Origin: Gammaproteobacteria bacterium
Lineage (GTDB): Bacteria; Pseudomonadota; Gammaproteobacteria; Ga0077536
Reading direction: 5' to 3'
NCBI GenBank assembly: GCA_020851775.1
Contig: JADZCB010000024.1
Span: 1-37,523, forward strand
Length of the DNA stretch: 37,523 nt
Shown: positions 32,616 through 37,523 of the stretch, one piece after another
How the letters are laid out: each line of letters starts with the position of its first letter
Numbering within the stretch: the first letter of the stretch is position 1
Notes under the pieces: generated by a model
What the model saw: the letters and a program-made list of their open reading frames with translations, nothing else
Told to the model about the DNA's origin: nothing
Database searches by the model: none
Position numbers and translations under genes: made by a program

Positions 32616-34913
32616 TTAGAATTGATACTTAAGCTGGAAGAACACCTCGTCGTTGTTGCGCAGCGCGCCGATGCCTTCCCGACCAACACCGAAGACGCTG
32701 TTGTTATACGGGTCGCGAAGTCCGTTCGCTCCCGGCGTAGCGAACGATGTGTAAGGACCGAGATCGTGCCGGTAGTTCTCGTCTCCCTCCCAAATCATAT
32801 GGAGACCCCCTTTGATGGACCAGTGGTTGTCGATGAACCACTCGACGTTCTGGCCGAACACATAGGAGTTCGAGGCCTCTTCCCACACCACGAAGCCGAC
32901 CGGCTTGACCTTGTCACGCATGTAATTGCCGATCCAGAAGAAGGTCGTGATGAAGTTGTGCTCGTCCTGGAAGTATCCCGTGTGCTTGTCGCCCTCGTGA
33001 TCCATGTACCAGGTATCGAAGATCTGCATCGACAGGAAGAAGGTGCGATCCTTGTTCAGCCACGGGATGAAGGTCGGACGGTCCATGCCGATCGACCACC
33101 GCATGACTTCACTGGTATCCACCCAATTCGCCTTGCGCGTGTTGTTGACGAGTTCGTCGAAGGTCCACGATGACTCCACACGGAACACGATACCGGACCA
33201 CGGTTCGAAGTAATCGAACGAGAGCCCCGGCGTGTGCGACTGCTTGTAGTTCATGCTGACGCCACCGCCATTCATGATGGCCGTGCGATAGAGGATCGTT
33301 GCATCCTTCTTCGCGATGGCTTCACGTGCGGCATCCTGCACATTGACCATATTACCGGTGAGATTATCCAGTATCTGTCCTGTGCCGTTGGCCGCGAGAG
33401 CCTGGAGCGCCTGATTCGGATCCGCCACCCGGATCGGGATACCAAAAGCTTCAGCAGGAATGCCTGCAACATTTGTGCAAGCTCCGCCGCCGCCGCCCGG
33501 GAGCGCGAACGCGGCACTCAAGCCTGCAATCGTACAATCTGCCGTCCCGAGCAGTGCAGCTGCCCCGCCCGCAAGATTCGCCTCGGGTACCAGCACGCTG
33601 TCGAAACGGAAGATCGGGGTGTCGTTCCAACCGTAGTAGTAGGACGTAGCGATGTGCAATTCGCCGAGACGGAACTCCCAGCGCAGACCCGCTTCGGTGT
33701 TCTCGATATCCCACTCTGGGCGATTATCGCCACCAGACAGACCGGCCGGCTGACCGAAGCCCGTAGGCTTGCGCGGGTCATTGGGTCCACGCGAACCGCA
33801 GACGATGTTGTGGTTGAGTGCCACGCCCGCAGCGGCGGCATCCGCCACGGCCAGGTTGAGGCCGAGGCAGGGCTCGACGGAGAAGTACTCATTGAAAGCG
33901 GCGAAGGTCGCAATGTCCTTTGAAAACGGGTGCGCCCAACCGGCGGACGGATTGCCAAGGCCTACATGCTGGAATTCATCGAAATTCCACACGAGCTGGA
34001 TGGCGTTGTCCGTAGTCGGACCGACATTGCCGAACTTCCATTGCGCCGACGCGATCCACTGCGGGATGCGGATGTCCTCGAAGGAATCGAAGAAGAAGTG
34101 CTGGCCGAAGTCGACCGGATTCACCAGATCCTGCAAACGGAAGAAGTCTGTCTTGCCCCACACGATCTGCTGCTTGCCCACGCGGAACCACCAGTCGCCG
34201 GCGGTCGCGTCGACATAGAGCTCGCGGAACGGATACAGCCGGCCACTGGAACCGGTGTTGTTCATCGCGACGTCGAGCGGATCGTCGTCGAGGTCATAGC
34301 AGCGACGGCAATTCAGCTCCATCGGAGTCAGCGGCGAGAACTGGCTCAACATCGACCCGTTCCCTGCTGCAACGCTGTACTTCGCACCTGACGCTGTACG
34401 GTTGAGAATAGTTTCGAAATTATTGGCGAAGCTGGGATTCTCCAGACCATTAAGGATGAGTTTCCCGACACCACCAGTATTAAACGTGCCGAACGGCCCG
34501 CCAACAATCGCGTCAAAGCCACCGAAACCGACCGGATTGTTATCGAAGCCCCACTTGTTGCCCATGTAAGAAGGCGTGGTGCCATTGCGACCACGGCCAC
34601 CGCCGATGTCATCGCCGTAGTAATAGGCTGCATCGAACTCGGGACGGATCACCGTCACGAAGCTCAAGGTATCGAAAATGCCGATGTCTTCGTAATTGAC
34701 CTCGGCATTGAGCTCGAAACGCTGTATCCACTGGTTCAGGTAGGGGCTACCGTTGCCCACATTCGCTCGCGCTTCGGAGCTGAGGTAGCCTTCGAGTTTC
34801 ACCTCGCCCCCGAGTGCGTCGATCATGATGCGTGCCTCTGCAGCAGGTGCGATCAACACCGCGGCAGAAAGCACGGACGCACCCAATGACAAAGCGCGCA
34901 AAGTGCTTTTCAT
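32616..34913 (-). CDS. DUF1302-like outer-membrane beta-barrel protein
   Basis: ORF 32616..35033 trimmed to the ATG at 34911-34913 (GGGAGA upstream), 765 aa. Signal peptide MKSTLRALSLGASVLSAAVLIAPAAEA. Gly/aromatic-rich with alternating beta-strand patterns. The C-terminal FFQLKYQF ends in Phe, as in OMPs. Its position directly upstream of a DUF1329 gene fits the usual DUF1302/DUF1329 pairing. Family assignment is by eye. Confidence 0.75.
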   Translation of the reverse strand: MKSTLRALSLGASVLSAAVLIAPAAEARIMIDALGGEVKLEGYLSSEARANVGNGSPYLNQWIQRFELNAEVNYEDIGIFDTLSFVTVIRPEFDAAYYYGDDIGGGRGRNGTTPSYMGNKWGFDNNPVGFGGFDAIVGGPFGTFNTGGVGKLILNGLENPSFANNFETILNRTASGAKYSVAAGNGSMLSQFSPLTPMELNCRRCYDLDDDPLDVAMNNTGSSGRLYPFRELYVDATAGDWWFRVGKQQIVWGKTDFFRLQDLVNPVDFGQHFFFDSFEDIRIPQWIASAQWKFGNVGPTTDNAIQLVWNFDEFQHVGLGNPSAGWAHPFSKDIATFAAFNEYFSVEPCLGLNLAVADAAAAGVALNHNIVCGSRGPNDPRKPTGFGQPAGLSGGDNRPEWDIENTEAGLRWEFRLGELHIATSYYYGWNDTPIFRFDSVLVPEANLAGGAAALLGTADCTIAGLSAAFALPGGGGGACTNVAGIPAEAFGIPIRVADPNQALQALAANGTGQILDNLTGNMVNVQDAAREAIAKKDATILYRTAIMNGGGVSMNYKQSHTPGLSFDYFEPWSGIVFRVESSWTFDELVNNTRKANWVDTSEVMRWSIGMDRPTFIPWLNKDRTFFLSMQIFDTWYMDHEGDKHTGYFQDEHNFITTFFWIGNYMRDKVKPVGFVVWEEASNSYVFGQNVEWFIDNHWSIKGGLHMIWEGDENYRHDLGPYTSFATPGANGLRDPYNNSVFGVGREGIGALRNNDEVFFQLKYQF

Positions 34914-35349
34914 CGCGTTATCTCCCATGTTTCCCCCTAGAAGTACACATGCGCCTTGCGGCACATGTGCGAGTTCACAGCCATCGGGCCCGCCGCCTTC
35001 CCCTGTCCACCGGCCATACGGCACGGTATTCAAGACGAGCTGCCCCGATTTGTTCGCGAGTGTGTCACAGCTGTTGTAAAGGGTAAACAGGAATTTGCGA
35101 CTTATTCGTCATTTGAGGGATAGCTGTGGCTGACGTGCAACAGAAACGCTGCAAGCGCATGATTTGCTGCGTCGCGTCATCCACACCTGAGTCCAGCCCT
35201 GTTCCACCCGGGATCGCGCGCGTCCCGAGGCCGAGTCGTCTTCCGCAGCGGTTCCAGCCCGCTCCCTGGCCGGCTTAAATGTATACACTCGGCTCCTCAA
35301 TTTTTCGATGAAGCCTGGCGGCCCTGCGCCGCGGGCGCGGTGAACGGAC

Positions 35350-36822
35350 GTGATCGAGATAGGCGTATTCCACAACGGCGCGAGCGACCTGCCGCCGGTG
35401 CGCACCCGCGACGGCACCGTCTGCAACGACGGCAGCCTCGCCGAGGTCCATGCCGCGGCCCAGCGCACGATCGTCAACCAGATCCGCCAGGGCATCCTCG
35501 CCGACCGGCTGGGCTTCGACTACTGGTTCCAGACCGAGCACCACTTCCAGCCCGAAGGGGCGGAGATGAGCCCGAACCCGCTGGCGAGCGAGATGGCGAT
35601 CGCCGCCAACACCCGGCGCATCCGGCTCGGTCAGGCCGCGAACATCATCACCTGGCATCATCCGGTGCGGCTGGCCGAGATGGCCGCAATGCTCGACGTC
35701 GTCAGCGGCGGGCGCGTCGAGGTCGGCGTCGGCCGCGGCTACCAGCCGCGCGAGAACGAGGTGCTCGGCAAGCCCTATGGCTCCACGATCCAGGATCAGG
35801 AGCGCAACCGCGTCGCCTTCCACGAAGCGCTCGACATCCTGATCAAGTGCTGGACGGAGCCCTCGTTCAGCCACCGCGACGAGTTCTTCTCGATTCCGCC
35901 GCGCTACACCAAGTGGAACCACAAGCAGACCGTCGCCTACTACGGGCTCGACAAGGTCGAGCGCGAAGTCGAGGACGTGCTGTCCCTGGGCTCGCCGGAC
36001 ATGTATTCCGCCGGCAGCCCGGTGCTGGCGACGACGACCACCTTGCGCGAGATCAGCGTCTTTCCGCAGCCGCTGCAGAAGCCCTATCCGCAGCTGTGGG
36101 AGCCCTTGACGAGCCCGCGCTCGATCCGCTTCTGCGCCGAGCGCGGCGTCAACGGCTATTTCATCGTCGAGCCCAATTCGCGACTGAAGCAGAACGTCGA
36201 GATGTACTACGAGGACGCCGAGCGCGCGGGCTGGCCCGATCGCCTGCAGCGCGGGGCATTCAAGTACGGCTGGGACTGCGACAAGCGCCGCGGCATCGTC
36301 ACCTGCCGCTACATCCACCTGCTGCTGCCGGGCATGGATCGCGACAAGGAGCTCGAGCGCCTGAAGTTCGCGCTCGAAGTGCAGTGGGACTACTACGGGC
36401 CCTTCGGCTTCGCGGCGCTGGTGTCAGAGGCGGGCGAGGATTCGATGGACCTGCGCACGAAGATCCGTCCGGAATCTCTGCTCGCCAAGGACATCGCGCT
36501 GTTCGGCACACCCGCGGAAGTGGTCGAGAAAATCATGCGCACCAAGGAGTACGTCGGCTACGACGACTTCATGTTCCATGCCTGGTTCGAGCTGGCCGGC
36601 TTCCAGGGTGCGGAGATCGAGGACCAGATGTACTATTTTGCCGAGGAGTGCATGCCGCTGCTCGATCGCGCCTGCGGCGGCCGACCGCCTCCGCGCACGG
36701 ATTTCCCGGTGCCGAGTTTCGACGACGTGCGCGCCGCCGCGCCGCGCCGGGCACGCGATGCGTTTCCATCCACCCCAACCCCACACGACAAGAACCGACA
36801 TGACACCCGAAGAATTCCGTAA
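35350..36822 (+). CDS. LLM-class flavin-dependent monooxygenase (oxygenase component of a two-component system)
   Basis: 490-aa ORF with a GTG start (MIEIGVFHNG...). Luciferase-like blocks present: LGFDYWFQTEHHF, RLGQAANIITWHHPVRLAEMAAMLDVVSGGRVEVGVGRGY, LFGTPAEVVEKI. The last ~48 aa form a low-complexity P/R/D-rich tail that overlaps the reductase start. Confidence 0.85.
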   Translation: MIEIGVFHNGASDLPPVRTRDGTVCNDGSLAEVHAAAQRTIVNQIRQGILADRLGFDYWFQTEHHFQPEGAEMSPNPLASEMAIAANTRRIRLGQAANIITWHHPVRLAEMAAMLDVVSGGRVEVGVGRGYQPRENEVLGKPYGSTIQDQERNRVAFHEALDILIKCWTEPSFSHRDEFFSIPPRYTKWNHKQTVAYYGLDKVEREVEDVLSLGSPDMYSAGSPVLATTTTLREISVFPQPLQKPYPQLWEPLTSPRSIRFCAERGVNGYFIVEPNSRLKQNVEMYYEDAERAGWPDRLQRGAFKYGWDCDKRRGIVTCRYIHLLLPGMDRDKELERLKFALEVQWDYYGPFGFAALVSEAGEDSMDLRTKIRPESLLAKDIALFGTPAEVVEKIMRTKEYVGYDDFMFHAWFELAGFQGAEIEDQMYYFAEECMPLLDRACGGRPPPRTDFPVPSFDDVRAAAPRRARDAFPSTPTPHDKNRHDTRRIP

Positions 36823-37282
36823 AGCCTGTGGTTTCTGGGCCAGCGGCGTCTCGATCATCACGACCCGCGACACCGACGGCAGGCCCTATGGCCTGACGAT
36901 GAACGCAGTGACATCGCTGTCGTTGGATCCGCCGATGTTCGTCATCTGCGTCGACAACAAGTCCGACACGCTGGAGCCGCTGAAGCGCAGCGGCGTGTTC
37001 TGCATCAACGTGCTGCAGCAGGACCAGCAGCCGCTGTCGAATGCCTTCGCGAAGAAGAATCCGGACAAGTTTGCCGAGGTCGCCTACGAGTGGGGCGAGT
37101 CGGGCGCCCCGCTGCTGACGGGCCGCCTGATGGGCATCGAATGCCGGGTCAGCGCCGTGCATCCGGGCGGCGACCACCACATCGTCGTCGGCACCGTGAC
37201 GCAGATTACCCGCCCCGGCGGCGACGACGCGCCACCGATGCTGTACTACCGGGGACGCTACGCCAACCTGGCTGCGTCATAG
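36800..37282 (+). CDS. NAD(P)H-dependent flavin reductase (HpaC/NtaB-like small component)
   Basis: ORF 36578..37282 trimmed to the ATG at 36800, 160 aa. FRKACGFWASGVSIITTRDTDGRPYGLTMNAVTSLSLDPPMFVICV is the flavin-reductase-like domain signature. It overlaps the LLM gene by 23 nt. Confidence 0.9.
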   Translation: MTPEEFRKACGFWASGVSIITTRDTDGRPYGLTMNAVTSLSLDPPMFVICVDNKSDTLEPLKRSGVFCINVLQQDQQPLSNAFAKKNPDKFAEVAYEWGESGAPLLTGRLMGIECRVSAVHPGGDHHIVVGTVTQITRPGGDDAPPMLYYRGRYANLAAS

Positions 37283-37430
37283 CTCGACGACCTCCTGCGA
37301 TCGAAGGGTGGAACGGCCGGTCACTGTCCTTGTATGCATTCCGGGCTTGTTGCTATCGTACGCCGGACCTCAGGGGGAGCGCCGGGCACCCCGCTCGCGC
37401 GTCATTTCAATCAAACCTTAGAAGGCTCGC

Positions 37431-37523
37431 ATGATGTTTAACCGCGCTGTCCGTCGGCCGCTCGCGGCTATCGGAAATACTTTGATTCTCGCTGCCCTCG
37501 CCACCCCGGCGCTGGCGGCCCGC
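37431..37523 (+). CDS. Start of an exported protein (5' fragment, truncated by window edge)
   Basis: ATG at 37431 with GAAGG upstream. MMFNRAVRRPLAAIGNTLILAALATPALAAR looks like a signal peptide (basic n-region, hydrophobic core, ALA site). Only 31 codons are visible. Confidence 0.45.
   Translation, partial: MMFNRAVRRPLAAIGNTLILAALATPALAAR

Noticed and set aside
35124-35140. Sigma54-like TGGCTGACGTGCAAC motif upstream of the LLM oxygenase
   Set aside because: The GG-to-GC spacing is about 3 nt shorter than the TGGCAC-N5-TTGC consensus. No enhancer-binding-protein gene is nearby.
1-37523. Defence systems, toxin-antitoxin pairs, prophage or integrative-element hallmarks
   Set aside because: I saw no integrase, transposase, nuclease/ATPase defence-type genes, tRNA attachment sites or small overlapping TA-like gene pairs. 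The only mobile-DNA-like signal is the non-autonomous repeat family.

Overview
This is GC-rich proteobacterial chromosomal DNA (GC estimated by eye at mid/upper 60s %, not computed). A beta- or gammaproteobacterium is likely; Rhodocyclales-like is only a guess. I call 33 protein-coding genes, two of them truncated by the window edges. I found no rRNA, tRNA, CRISPR array, transposase, integrase or phage gene.

Left ~7 kb: a 3'-truncated orphan membrane protein, corA, and a tightly coupled three-gene operon encoding an exported vWA protein, a membrane-anchored acidic protein and a cNMP-binding GGDEF cyclase.

From ~8.8 kb to the right edge: a dense oxidative catabolic island. It holds three luciferase-like (LLM) flavin monooxygenases plus a flavin reductase. 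It also holds four hydrolases (three alpha/beta-fold, one exported cyclase-family), two SCP2-like small proteins and a muconolactone-isomerase-like protein. A LysR-linked six-gene operon encodes acyl-CoA dehydrogenase, aldehyde dehydrogenase, Zn-ADH, CoA-transferase, cyclase and MaoC hydratase. An envelope module encodes a DUF1302 barrel, two DUF1329 paralogs, an exported HEAT-repeat protein and a NUDIX hydrolase.

The best candidates for something undescribed:
- the atypical DUF1302/DUF1329/HEAT/NUDIX envelope module, divergently coupled to a two-component LLM monooxygenase;
- the mirror-image duplicated SCP2-like + alpha/beta-hydrolase modules;
- the vWA / acidic anchor / GGDEF operon, whose middle protein ends in a FliM-like LSQxDLDAL motif;
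- a family of intergenic inverted-repeat elements (20-nt arms, five copies in 37 kb), some carrying GTAG...CTAC REP-type hairpins.

All calls come from reading the sequence and the ORF track. No database search was run. Hand-counted coordinates of repeats and hairpins may be off by 1-2 nt.
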